Below, piece after piece: positions 37,214 through 45,821 of a DNA stretch of 64,000 nucleotides. The stretch lies in NCBI GenBank assembly GCA_034002905.1, contig JAVEZQ010000008.1, positions 10,206 through 74,205 of the forward strand. The letters run 5' to 3'. The notes beneath the pieces are model-generated. The model was given only the letters and a program-made list of their open reading frames with translations, searched no databases and had not been told where the DNA came from. The DNA comes from Alphaproteobacteria bacterium (GTDB lineage: Bacteria > Pseudomonadota > Alphaproteobacteria > UBA9219). Numbering within the stretch: the stretch's first letter is position 1; every line of letters begins with the position of its first letter. The translations under genes were made by a program, and so were the position numbers.

Positions 37214-38302
37214 ATGCTCAAAGCGCTGGTGGACGCCGTCAAGGCCTATTGGAACAGCCTCGGAACCAAGGTTGACCCTCTTGCTGCAGAATTGGGGTTG
37301 CTTAGTGTCGAGAGACCTCAACTGGACAGAAACAAGAATTCTGTTGCAATGATGCAGTCACTTGTCGGAGGCATGGTTGGGGTTGCCGATTACTATTTCC
37401 CAGCTGATATTCTGGGAGGGTGTTGTCCCCGTATTCAAGGTGAAGAACAAAACATCGTTTGGAATGCAGCCGCCGAGGCTTTGGATACAGAGCGCGTTCA
37501 CTTGGTATGGCAGGCCAAGAAGGACAAAATATATTATTTGGCGGTGTCATCTGAAAGCATCCGTTCGCATCCCAACACCTGGTGTCCGTTTTGTTCCCTT
37601 TTGCCCGGAATGGATGATGCGGCCATCCCGCCAACTATATACACTCATTATAGCGAAGAAGTGGCCACAATGATGGCTATCACATCAGATTCGCTTACGA
37701 TTCATCGTGGTACTTCGTCGGTTATCCGGGCGAAAGCGGAGCGGCTTGCACGAGAAAATAATAATGCGCCCCTTATTGACATGGTTCCCGACCTGATTCA
37801 ATCGTTGCAGCCGGTTCCATGGTATTCCGTTTCGCTGTTTGAGGATCGTGCGCGGCGAATTTTGTCGACCCTTATGGTCTCCTCTGCGATAATTTTTACA
37901 ACCATAGCCCTTTTTGTTTGGTTTGTTGCAGCGGTCTCTACGTTGAATGCCAAGGTCGATCTCGAAGAAATACGAGAACGCAGCAATGTAAAGACGATCG
38001 AATTGATGAAAAAGGTGCAGGAGCATCGTGCGAGCCCTATGCGAAAGCAAATAGCGAGTTTTGCAGATCTCAATGATGGCCTTCTCGCCCTGAACGGATA
38101 TTTAGAGATGTATCAGATTGTAAAAGGAAGGGTTCTCTGGCGTGCAATTGTTCCAGGTAACGTTACCGCTGAACGCATCAAAGAGCTCGGTGGGCAGACT
38201 CTTGGTAACGCAGATATGGGTGTTATAATCGGAAATTCTCCCGATGCTTTGGGATCGGATCGTTCTGGCGATTCTAAGGGTCGTGGTGGTAGGAGGAGGT
38301 AA
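37214..38302 (+). CDS. GspL-like bitopic protein (cytoplasmic domain, one TM, periplasmic domain)
   Basis: A cytoplasmic part of about 215 aa is followed by a single TM (ILSTLMVSSAIIFTTIALFVWFVAAV) and a periplasmic part of about 130 aa. It sits right after gspE/gspF. The assignment rests on topology, size and synteny only. Confidence 0.4.
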   Translation: MLKALVDAVKAYWNSLGTKVDPLAAELGLLSVERPQLDRNKNSVAMMQSLVGGMVGVADYYFPADILGGCCPRIQGEEQNIVWNAAAEALDTERVHLVWQAKKDKIYYLAVSSESIRSHPNTWCPFCSLLPGMDDAAIPPTIYTHYSEEVATMMAITSDSLTIHRGTSSVIRAKAERLARENNNAPLIDMVPDLIQSLQPVPWYSVSLFEDRARRILSTLMVSSAIIFTTIALFVWFVAAVSTLNAKVDLEEIRERSNVKTIELMKKVQEHRASPMRKQIASFADLNDGLLALNGYLEMYQIVKGRVLWRAIVPGNVTAERIKELGGQTLGNADMGVIIGNSPDALGSDRSGDSKGRGGRRR

Positions 38303-38304
38303 AA

Positions 38305-38826
38305 ATGTCACTGGATTTTTCTTCCTTACCCAAGATTCTCAGCCCGGCAATTCTAACAAGGGCCGTTCGTTCTTTTGACAAGACAGTAACCCTTTTTGTA
38401 TCTGTTGGTTGGGGGGCGGTCATTGTTGTTTGGATTCTTGCGATTTATACTATTCATTTGTCGGTAACAGCTCGTTCTCAGTTAGCTGAAGCTTCTGCAA
38501 AGGAACCAAGCCTGCCCATCATAGAGAAGACATCTGTGCCTGCCCGACAAATCGAAAAAGTTATGGAGAGGCTTAAGAAAAAGTTTCCTGACGTTACCGT
38601 CAGCGCCGCGCGTGATTCGTCAGTCAATATTATCGGGACTGAGGGATCGCGGTTTAAAAGCTGGATGTACGCCTTGAGTTATATTGAGATTATATCTCCT
38701 GAATATTACTGGGAAATCAAGGAGATGTGCGTTGGCGCCCATTGTGGGGCTAATTCGTTGATGAAGGTTGTCTTGACTCCTCAGAAAATCATTTTCAAGG
38801 CACCGGAAGTTTCCTCTGACCCCTAA
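38305..38826 (+). CDS. GspM/PilO-like small bitopic protein
   Basis: It is 173 aa with a short cytoplasmic N-terminus, a TM (VTLFVSVGWGAVIVVWILAIYTI) and a periplasmic domain. The assignment rests on topology and synteny only. Confidence 0.35.
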   Translation: MSLDFSSLPKILSPAILTRAVRSFDKTVTLFVSVGWGAVIVVWILAIYTIHLSVTARSQLAEASAKEPSLPIIEKTSVPARQIEKVMERLKKKFPDVTVSAARDSSVNIIGTEGSRFKSWMYALSYIEIISPEYYWEIKEMCVGAHCGANSLMKVVLTPQKIIFKAPEVSSDP

Positions 38827-39024
38827 GACATTCTGCCCTTTCTCAGAGGAATCTTATTGACATTAGGGACGGATATCTTACCTTCGGCAGGATATTTAGG
38901 TAATACGGTGCTTGATTCGTGTTTTGTGGTGGCCTATTGGTAATGATTAGTTAAGAATCGTCTTGTAGCTTTTCTACAGTTTATGTGTAGTCATAGCTCA
39001 AGGCTTGACAGCTAGGGGACGAAG

Positions 39025-39684
39025 ATGAGGCGATTGGACGAGAGTCTGTATGAGAACAAGTTGCCAAGCGATGCTGGTATTGCCATTGGACCAATTCTGT
39101 TCATCATCGCGGTTTTGGGTATTCTAGCGGCAGCTATCGCGGCGGGAAGTGGTTCCTTTACGACCAATACTCACGGTGAAAATACCAGAACAAGAGCAAC
39201 GGCCATGATTGATATTGGCCAGAACTTGAAAATTGGTATGGACCGTGTTGTCGGTCTAGGCACTGACATTGTGGATGTCGTTATCGATCCGACGGTGACG
39301 TCCGGCGACGATGCGATCTTTTCGCCGATAGGTGGTGGTATTTCGGCTCCTTCGGTAACAATGGCGGCGGATGCGTCATCTGATACGTGGCACTATCCGA
39401 CGATTGCTGTCCCAGGAATAGGTACGGCATCAGGAAGTCGTGTTGCTGTTCTCCGTGTAACCGATGTTGTTTGCGATGAAATTAACTCCAAGGTCAATGC
39501 CATGGCTGCTGGCACGGCCAGTGGTGCTGCAGTGGATATTGGTGATTTTACGTCAACAGCTGTGAATGACGGTGCGGCATGGCCCAGTGATTTTGACGGA
39601 AAGCCAGTTGGATGTGTCTATAACAGCAATTCCACCTCGATCGCTGCGGGTTTCTATTTCTATCAGGTTTTGGCGGTCGAATAA
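39025..39684 (+). CDS. Pilin-like structural protein with a non-canonical leader (candidate major (pseudo)pilin of the cluster)
   Basis: A charged N-region (MRRLDESLYENKLPSDAG) is followed by an uninterrupted 23-aa hydrophobic segment (IAIGPILFIIAVLGILAAAIAAG) with no Glu at +5. The body is Gly/Ala/Ser/Thr-rich with two Cys about 50 aa apart near the C-terminus. It is followed by the strongest terminator in the window. Confidence 0.45.
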   Translation: MRRLDESLYENKLPSDAGIAIGPILFIIAVLGILAAAIAAGSGSFTTNTHGENTRTRATAMIDIGQNLKIGMDRVVGLGTDIVDVVIDPTVTSGDDAIFSPIGGGISAPSVTMAADASSDTWHYPTIAVPGIGTASGSRVAVLRVTDVVCDEINSKVNAMAAGTASGAAVDIGDFTSTAVNDGAAWPSDFDGKPVGCVYNSNSTSIAAGFYFYQVLAVE

Positions 39685-39704
39685 TGTGACGCTTGAGTGA
39701 ACCA

Positions 39705-39740
39705 AAAACGCCCCCGTCGAAGGGGGCGTTTTTATTTTTA
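39705..39740 (+). terminator. Strong rho-independent terminator after the pilin-like gene
   Basis: ACGCCCCCGTCGAAGGGGGCGT followed by TTTTATTTTTAT. Confidence 0.8.
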
Positions 39741-39844
39741 TGCTCACAATTTAATGGACATTTTAGACTAACCCTATGGAATAGCTAATCCTTCGTGTAA
39801 GTCATATCGCGTTCGTCTATGATTATTAACCAAACGCACGAAAC

Positions 39845-39880
39845 TAATTAAAAACTCTTTAACTGATTGGGATATAATAG
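39845..39880 (+). promoter_or_regulatory. Candidate sigma70-type promoter for the giant-protein operon
   Basis: A perfect TATAAT hexamer lies at about 39873-39878 in an AT-rich tract, about 90 nt upstream of the ATG at 39969. The -35 element is unclear. Confidence 0.3.
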
Positions 39881-39968
39881 TTAAATGGTGCGGGGTTTAT
39901 CTAATTAGCGGTAAGTTATCGGATCCCATGGCAAGGCTTTACGGCAATAGACAGTAAGCAGGTGTTGA

Positions 39969-42641
39969 ATGCTCTCATCCAAAAAAGAGAATGACCAAAG
40001 GGACGATCAGAATAAAGCGCCGTCGATTTGGGGGCTTCTTTTTAATCCGCAGTTTGGAAAAGACATTGCGCCACTTAGAGATAGCTTCTTTATGTTTGCT
40101 CGTATCATCGCCTCTTTGTTTGCGATGGTTGGATTGTTCCCGCGTGATCATGCCGCGTTTGTAAGCAATGAAGTGAGGCTTTCCTTACGCGAGGTTATGG
40201 GTACAGCCTATGCCAATTTGCGTTTTACAAGGGAGGGTTTGCCCCAGATCCTTTACTTTGCTGCCGTGGTTGGCTGTTTGGCCTTCTCTCTTCTTTTCGT
40301 TTTGACGCTGCTCTTTTCCTTTTTGATCCCTGAGGCACATGCCCAAATCTTTCAGGCGCCAGGAACTCAGAACGGCACAAATTGCGATTTGGCCCAGCTT
40401 TGGCTTGGGTACCTTTTTTTGGGGCATGATATAAATGCTGCTCAAGGGTGCGGTTATGTTGCTGCGGGATCGAGCGTAGCGGCAACGCTTGCTCCAAACG
40501 GTAATGCCATCCAAATTGCGGTTGGCGATGCTTTGCGTTTTTTCAGTAACGGCGTGTTGGTTCTTGCGGGCATCATCCTGCTTTATCATCTTGTGGTCAT
40601 GGTGATCGACACAGCGCACACAGCGCGGTTTATGGGGCGAGCCAATCAGGTCTGGGCGCCGCTACGCCTTATTTTTGCTATTGGTTTGTTGGTGCCAATT
40701 GCTGTTTCGGGTAGTGGTGTGACAGGCCTCAATACGGGACAATATATTGCCATCCAGATGGCGCGTTGGGGCTCTGGCTTTGCGAGTAACGCGTGGGTGC
40801 GACTATTAGATGGGTATTCCCAGCATATCAATGCGCAAAGTATTCGTATGCCTCCCCCTCCGTTTACGGACGATTTTGTCCGACAGGCGCTACTTTTTAA
40901 TGCCTGCCGCCGTGTTTATAACCAATATGTGACAAGTCAGGAGCTTCCAGAGGACTATATTGTCAGGATCGATGTCACGAACCCAACTAATACACAGCGG
41001 GGCGAAATAAATTTTGTCAGCGATAACGGCAATGTTCGTTGTGGCACGATAACATATGCCAACCCGACAGCAGATGGTCGTGTCGGGGACTTATCGAACC
41101 TGAATGCGAGTGTTCGTAACGCTGTTTGGACTGTGATCAGAAATTTTGTGGAAGACTCAAATACGCTGTTTTACAGAACATCTGGTTCTGCCATGCTTTA
41201 CATGGATGACGGATATACTGAAAGTGCACAGGGGCAGTATGAAACTGACAACGAAGTCATCGTTCAAAATGTAAATCAACTTCTCACTGATTTTTCCAAT
41301 GATGTTCAAGACGCGATAGCCAGAGCTTTAGATGTCACAAGCGTAAGTGGGGTAAAAAGTCTTCAGAGCATCATGCAGACGGTATCAACTCAATGGGGCA
41401 ATCAGGGCTGGGTGATGGCTGGTGCGTGGTACAACACCATTGCCAATGCGCAGACGCGACTGTTCCAAATTGTCAACGGCTCGTTTGATACAATGTTTTC
41501 GTCGGCTAAGCTTGAATATAGCGCGTGGTCAGATGAGACAAGCCGAGAAAGTGGCTATCGAAGCATCGATGAAGATGTCACGCGCATCGTCGGCAATTAT
41601 GGTTCTTTGATACAACAGGCTAATCCACGCACGCCTCAACAACTTGCTGCTTTGGGAATGGACCCTCTGACTGATGCCTCGTTTAACGGGTTAATGGGTG
41701 CCTTTTTAAACGCTGTTGATTATATGGCCGTCAAAATGAATGTCTGGGAAGCAGGTAATCAACTTGGCTTCGAGTTCGGTAATGACGTGAACCCCATGTC
41801 CGAGCTTGTGTCATTTGGTGCGAAACTTTTAACACTTGGTCTTGATCTTCTCAGTTATGCCATCGGCGGGTCTGCGTTGGCCTCTGTCGGTGGCGCAGCC
41901 CTTGCGGGCGTCTCGATGAGTGTGTTTAATCCTGCTGCTGGCGCTATGGGAGCTATGGCGGCCCTTATGCTAGGCGATGTTATCAGGTCCTTGGCGGGGT
42001 TGGGGATCACCCTTGGGGCTCTCTTGATCGGTGCGGGGATCATGTTGGCCTATGCTTTGCCTTTGATGCCGTTTATCCGCTTTTTCTTCCACGTCATTAC
42101 ATGGCTTCTTACCGTTTTTGAATCGGTGGTCGCCATGCCCATTCTGGCGCTTGCGCATGTAACACCATATGGTGAAGGACTGCCGGGACAGATGGCACAA
42201 CGAGGCTATTTTATGATCCTGAGCATTTTCCTGCGGCCGATCTTGACTGTGATCGGTTTAATCGCTGGGTTCTTGCTGTTTTTTGTTGCGATCTATTTCC
42301 TGAATATTTCTTTCTCGGTTGCAATTAACGGCATTGGTGCTTTCCCAAGTGGCTTTGATGTTTTGTCCAAGATCATCTTCTCGATTATCTATGTCGTTTT
42401 GGCATACATATGCGCCAACAATTGCTTCAAGACGATCGGTTACTTTGCCGAGCAGGCGATGAACTGGATGAATGCTGCCGCAGCCTTGGGTGTTGGTATG
42501 GGCGATAGAGGCATGATGAGTACAGCGCTCGGTGCCACGACAACGTTCATGGGGAAGAATATGGGCAATACCTTGAAGGGGGCCGGAGATTCTGTGGCCG
42601 GTCGCGCACAGTCATTTATTGGCACACCGGGTAAGAAGTAA
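39969..42641 (+). CDS. Large polytopic membrane protein of unknown function (paralogue A, 890 aa)
   Basis: Four N-terminal TM segments include an internal signal-peptidase-like FLIPEAHAQ motif. A periplasmic domain of about 370 aa contains PPPP and NxxVRCGxIT motifs. Six or more C-terminal TM helices follow. A good Shine-Dalgarno is present. It is about 45% identical to the next gene. Confidence 0.85.
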   Translation: MLSSKKENDQRDDQNKAPSIWGLLFNPQFGKDIAPLRDSFFMFARIIASLFAMVGLFPRDHAAFVSNEVRLSLREVMGTAYANLRFTREGLPQILYFAAVVGCLAFSLLFVLTLLFSFLIPEAHAQIFQAPGTQNGTNCDLAQLWLGYLFLGHDINAAQGCGYVAAGSSVAATLAPNGNAIQIAVGDALRFFSNGVLVLAGIILLYHLVVMVIDTAHTARFMGRANQVWAPLRLIFAIGLLVPIAVSGSGVTGLNTGQYIAIQMARWGSGFASNAWVRLLDGYSQHINAQSIRMPPPPFTDDFVRQALLFNACRRVYNQYVTSQELPEDYIVRIDVTNPTNTQRGEINFVSDNGNVRCGTITYANPTADGRVGDLSNLNASVRNAVWTVIRNFVEDSNTLFYRTSGSAMLYMDDGYTESAQGQYETDNEVIVQNVNQLLTDFSNDVQDAIARALDVTSVSGVKSLQSIMQTVSTQWGNQGWVMAGAWYNTIANAQTRLFQIVNGSFDTMFSSAKLEYSAWSDETSRESGYRSIDEDVTRIVGNYGSLIQQANPRTPQQLAALGMDPLTDASFNGLMGAFLNAVDYMAVKMNVWEAGNQLGFEFGNDVNPMSELVSFGAKLLTLGLDLLSYAIGGSALASVGGAALAGVSMSVFNPAAGAMGAMAALMLGDVIRSLAGLGITLGALLIGAGIMLAYALPLMPFIRFFFHVITWLLTVFESVVAMPILALAHVTPYGEGLPGQMAQRGYFMILSIFLRPILTVIGLIAGFLLFFVAIYFLNISFSVAINGIGAFPSGFDVLSKIIFSIIYVVLAYICANNCFKTIGYFAEQAMNWMNAAAALGVGMGDRGMMSTALGATTTFMGKNMGNTLKGAGDSVAGRAQSFIGTPGKK

Positions 42642-42675
42642 AGAAATGGCACGCTGTGGATTTTGACTTAAAGGA

Positions 42676-45345
42676 TTGGGCATGATGGCAATAGCATATG
42701 GTCAGGCTTTAAAGACATTCGGTCGTTGGCTATTGTCGCCCGGCTATGCAACGGAGTTTGGCGCTATCCGGCGCGCTTTGCGCTCTTTTGCGCACATGCT
42801 TGCAAGTTTGTTTGCCACTGCGGATCTGTTTCCATCAACCCACTGCGCCTTTTACAATGAAAACGAACCTTTATCATTACGAGATGTGCTTCGGACGGCT
42901 TATTCGAATCTTGAGTGGTCATGGGTGGCTTTCCCAAAGATCCTCTATTTTGTTTCAGTTGTCGGAACCCTGATCCTTTCTTCTCTTTACGTTGTAACGC
43001 TAGGTTTGTCCTTTTTGATACCTGAGGCGCAAGCCCAGATGTTTGATCCCCCTGATCCGGGGTGCGATTTTGCGCATATTTGGATCAACTATTTATTCCT
43101 TGGTGATACAGGGGCCCAGTCGCCGAGTTGTACAGATGGCGGCATTATGTATCCCAACGGAAACAACATGCAGATTGCGATGGCTGATACACTCCATCTG
43201 TACAGTTTGGGTATCCTTGTCTTCGCCGGATTTACGCTCTTATATCATTTGCTCTCGATGGTAGCCCATACCGCCAACACAGGAACGCCAATGGGTCAAC
43301 AAGCTAATCAGTTCTGGGCGCCTGTCCGTCTTGTTGTTGCCATTGGTCTTTTGGTTCCTGTTACAGCCTATCAAGATATACAGGGACTTAATACGGGACA
43401 GTATATTGCTATTCGTTTGGCGCGCATGGGTTCCGCGTTGGGAAGTAACGCGTGGGAAATCGTTATGAGCCGTTTTTCAGATCATATGACCGAACTCGGC
43501 ATGCATGTTCCGCCGCCGCCCAATATTGATACCTTGGTCCGACAGGTCCTTCTCGATGAAGCCTGTATGGCCCTTTATAACCAGATGATCAGCCGGCCTG
43601 AGACAAAGATTGACCAGAATGAATATAGAGTTCAGCGTCTTATCCTTGATAGTGCCGGCGAGAATATGGGTGCAGAAGACGCCGTTGCCGTCGCCTATGT
43701 AAGTGAGAACAACAAGGTCCGGTGCGGTTCTATTACATTGCCACGCGAACCACTGGTCAATGGTCAACCCGCCGGAGGATATCAAACCGCTGTGTGGCAG
43801 GCGGCCCGTGCAGCCTTCTTTACTTTTCTGAATTCACCCGAGCTAGAGCAAATTGCACGGGCTTCTCTTTCGAACCTGCGCCCAACTTATCGTGGAGTGA
43901 ATGAAACATATATTGAACCTCAAGAGGTGTACACTCGCGCAACAAACTTGATCACCGCAACGCGCAATGATTACCAGCAGCGAATTGCTGCGGCGTTGGG
44001 GGCCGCGAATCTGAATAATAGCCAAGTTGTTATTGACGTTAACGAAATTTCGGAAAACTGGGTTCAGGAGGGTTGGGTCATGGCGGGTGCGTGGTTCAAT
44101 ACCATCGCGCGCGCTCAGGCGGCCATATTTAACTCCCTTTTGTCCAGCGTGACTTATGCCTATCATCCTATGCTCATTGAAGAGGCGTCCTTCGTCGACA
44201 GATTTACGGGTAATTCAAGTTCGCGTGATGTAGGCGATGAAGTCAAACGAGCGGTTGCCTTGTTTAAATCCGTTGTTGATAAAGCTGGAACAGACCCCAC
44301 TCCTGCTCTTGCTGCTTCCCAAATGAGCCCAGTGACGTCTGCTCAGCCTAACAAGGCTGTCCAGTCCTTCTTGACCTTTGTTTATGACCTGGGTGTTCAG
44401 TATGGTCTTTGGACAGGAACGGGCCTTGTCTATAATTTTGGAAACACAATGAATCCAATGATGGAAGTCGCTGCGATTGGGCAAAGGCAGGTGGCCATGG
44501 CTTCCGATCTTCTAGCTGTTGGTATGATAGGCTCACAAGTGGGGGGGCCCATTTCAGGAATAACATTGAGCGAAGTTGATGCCAGATCTTTTGGCAAAGG
44601 CTCATCATGGATGCAGTCTTTGCAGGACCGAGCGATCACTATTGGTATGTCAACCATGGCCCCTGAACTTGTTCGAACCGTATCAACCTTTGTTGTGGCT
44701 GTTGGCGGCGTCCTGTTCACATCGGGATTGTTTTTGGCTTATTTGTTGCCATTGATGCCGTTTTTCCGGTTTTTCTTCCATGTTTTGACATGGATTCTCC
44801 TTTTGTTTGAATCAATCGTTTCAATGCCGCTGTTGGCCCTTGCTCATGTCAATCCATATGGGGATGGACTGCCGGGCCAAATGGCGACGCGTGGCTATTA
44901 TATGTTGCTTAGCATCGTGCTGAAGCCGATCTTAATGGTCATCGGGTTGCTTGCCGGGTTCTTGATTTTCTTTATTGCGATCAACTTCCTCAATCTTGCC
45001 TATGGTATAGCGGTCGGATCCCTCTTTCATCAGGCCTCGTCGATGGCTATCATCTCGAATATCATTTTTTCGGTCATCTATACGGTTATTGCTGTGATTT
45101 GCGCGAATAACAGTTTTAAGACGATTGGCTACTTCTCTGAGAATATCATGTCGTGGATTGGGGCCGCATCGGCTGGTGGACGTCAGTCTAACCTTGGAGA
45201 TCCGGGCACGATGCATCAACGGTTTATGCAGGCGGGGGGCTTTATTTCGGGTGCCATGATGGGCGGAGCCATGACATCGACAGCCGAAGTCAAGCAACGC
45301 GTGGCCCAGATGCAGCAAAATCAAATCAAGGGCGGGAACAAATAG
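42676..45345 (+). CDS. Large polytopic membrane protein of unknown function (paralogue B, 889 aa)
   Basis: The architecture and conserved blocks match paralogue A (FLIPEAQAQ, PPPP, NNKVRCGSIT, EGWVMAGAWFNTIA, LPLMPFFRFFFHVLTW...LALAHVNPYGDGLPGQMA). Confidence 0.85.
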   Translation: MGMMAIAYGQALKTFGRWLLSPGYATEFGAIRRALRSFAHMLASLFATADLFPSTHCAFYNENEPLSLRDVLRTAYSNLEWSWVAFPKILYFVSVVGTLILSSLYVVTLGLSFLIPEAQAQMFDPPDPGCDFAHIWINYLFLGDTGAQSPSCTDGGIMYPNGNNMQIAMADTLHLYSLGILVFAGFTLLYHLLSMVAHTANTGTPMGQQANQFWAPVRLVVAIGLLVPVTAYQDIQGLNTGQYIAIRLARMGSALGSNAWEIVMSRFSDHMTELGMHVPPPPNIDTLVRQVLLDEACMALYNQMISRPETKIDQNEYRVQRLILDSAGENMGAEDAVAVAYVSENNKVRCGSITLPREPLVNGQPAGGYQTAVWQAARAAFFTFLNSPELEQIARASLSNLRPTYRGVNETYIEPQEVYTRATNLITATRNDYQQRIAAALGAANLNNSQVVIDVNEISENWVQEGWVMAGAWFNTIARAQAAIFNSLLSSVTYAYHPMLIEEASFVDRFTGNSSSRDVGDEVKRAVALFKSVVDKAGTDPTPALAASQMSPVTSAQPNKAVQSFLTFVYDLGVQYGLWTGTGLVYNFGNTMNPMMEVAAIGQRQVAMASDLLAVGMIGSQVGGPISGITLSEVDARSFGKGSSWMQSLQDRAITIGMSTMAPELVRTVSTFVVAVGGVLFTSGLFLAYLLPLMPFFRFFFHVLTWILLLFESIVSMPLLALAHVNPYGDGLPGQMATRGYYMLLSIVLKPILMVIGLLAGFLIFFIAINFLNLAYGIAVGSLFHQASSMAIISNIIFSVIYTVIAVICANNSFKTIGYFSENIMSWIGAASAGGRQSNLGDPGTMHQRFMQAGGFISGAMMGGAMTSTAEVKQRVAQMQQNQIKGGNK

Positions 45346-45353
45346 TTTATGAC

Positions 45354-45806
45354 TTACGTTCCCGTCGAACCAAATCCGCCGCTGCCGCGTTGGCTATCGG
45401 GAAGGGTTTGTGTTTGCTGCCAGCTTGCCTTGACATAGGGGGCTATAACCATTTGCGCAATGCGCATGCCGCGTGTGATTGTAAAGGGTTCGTTGCCTAG
45501 ATTGGCCAGTATGATCTGAATCTCGCCACGATAGTCGGCATCGATTGTGCCAGGGCTATTCAAAACAGAAAGCCCGTTTTTGAGCGCAAGACCTGAACGA
45601 GGGCGAATCTGGGCCTCAAGCCCTTCGGGTAAAGCGATAGAAAGGCCCGTGGGGACTAGCTTTCTTTCACCTGGATGGATGACCATATCTTGTTGCACGG
45701 CGGCGCAGAGATCCATGCCTGCAGCATGAGGTGTCGCATAGGTCGGAAGGTCAAGCTCTTTAGCATGGGGGAGAACGACAACAGGAACCGTGGCTTCGTT
45801 GGGCAT
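45354..45806 (-). CDS. dut: dUTP diphosphatase
   Basis: It has the AAGMDL, RSGLALK and [10 protein letters not shown] motifs and is 150 aa. Confidence 0.95.
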   Translation of the reverse strand: MPNEATVPVVVLPHAKELDLPTYATPHAAGMDLCAAVQQDMVIHPGERKLVPTGLSIALPEGLEAQIRPRSGLALKNGLSVLNSPGTIDADYRGEIQIILANLGNEPFTITRGMRIAQMVIAPYVKASWQQTQTLPDSQRGSGGFGSTGT

Positions 45807-45821
45807 AATTTTGATCCTTGA

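Noticed and set aside
35930-39030. Apparent 1-nt disagreement between my reading of the printed sequence lines and the ORF-track coordinates in this stretch
   Set aside because: All ORFs in the track are intact and in frame, so I treated this as a reading or indexing error of mine and not a real frameshift. CDS coordinates follow the ORF track. Terminator and promoter coordinates I derived by hand here may be off by 1-2 nt.
39969-45345. Considered calling the two giant paralogues DotA/TraY-like or VirB6/TrbL-like type IV secretion components
   Set aside because: Only the gross topology (N-terminal TMs, a large periplasmic domain, a C-terminal TM bundle) is reminiscent. I cannot recall a diagnostic motif match. 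No other T4SS genes (VirB4, VirD4, Dot or Icm) are present. I therefore left them as unknown family.
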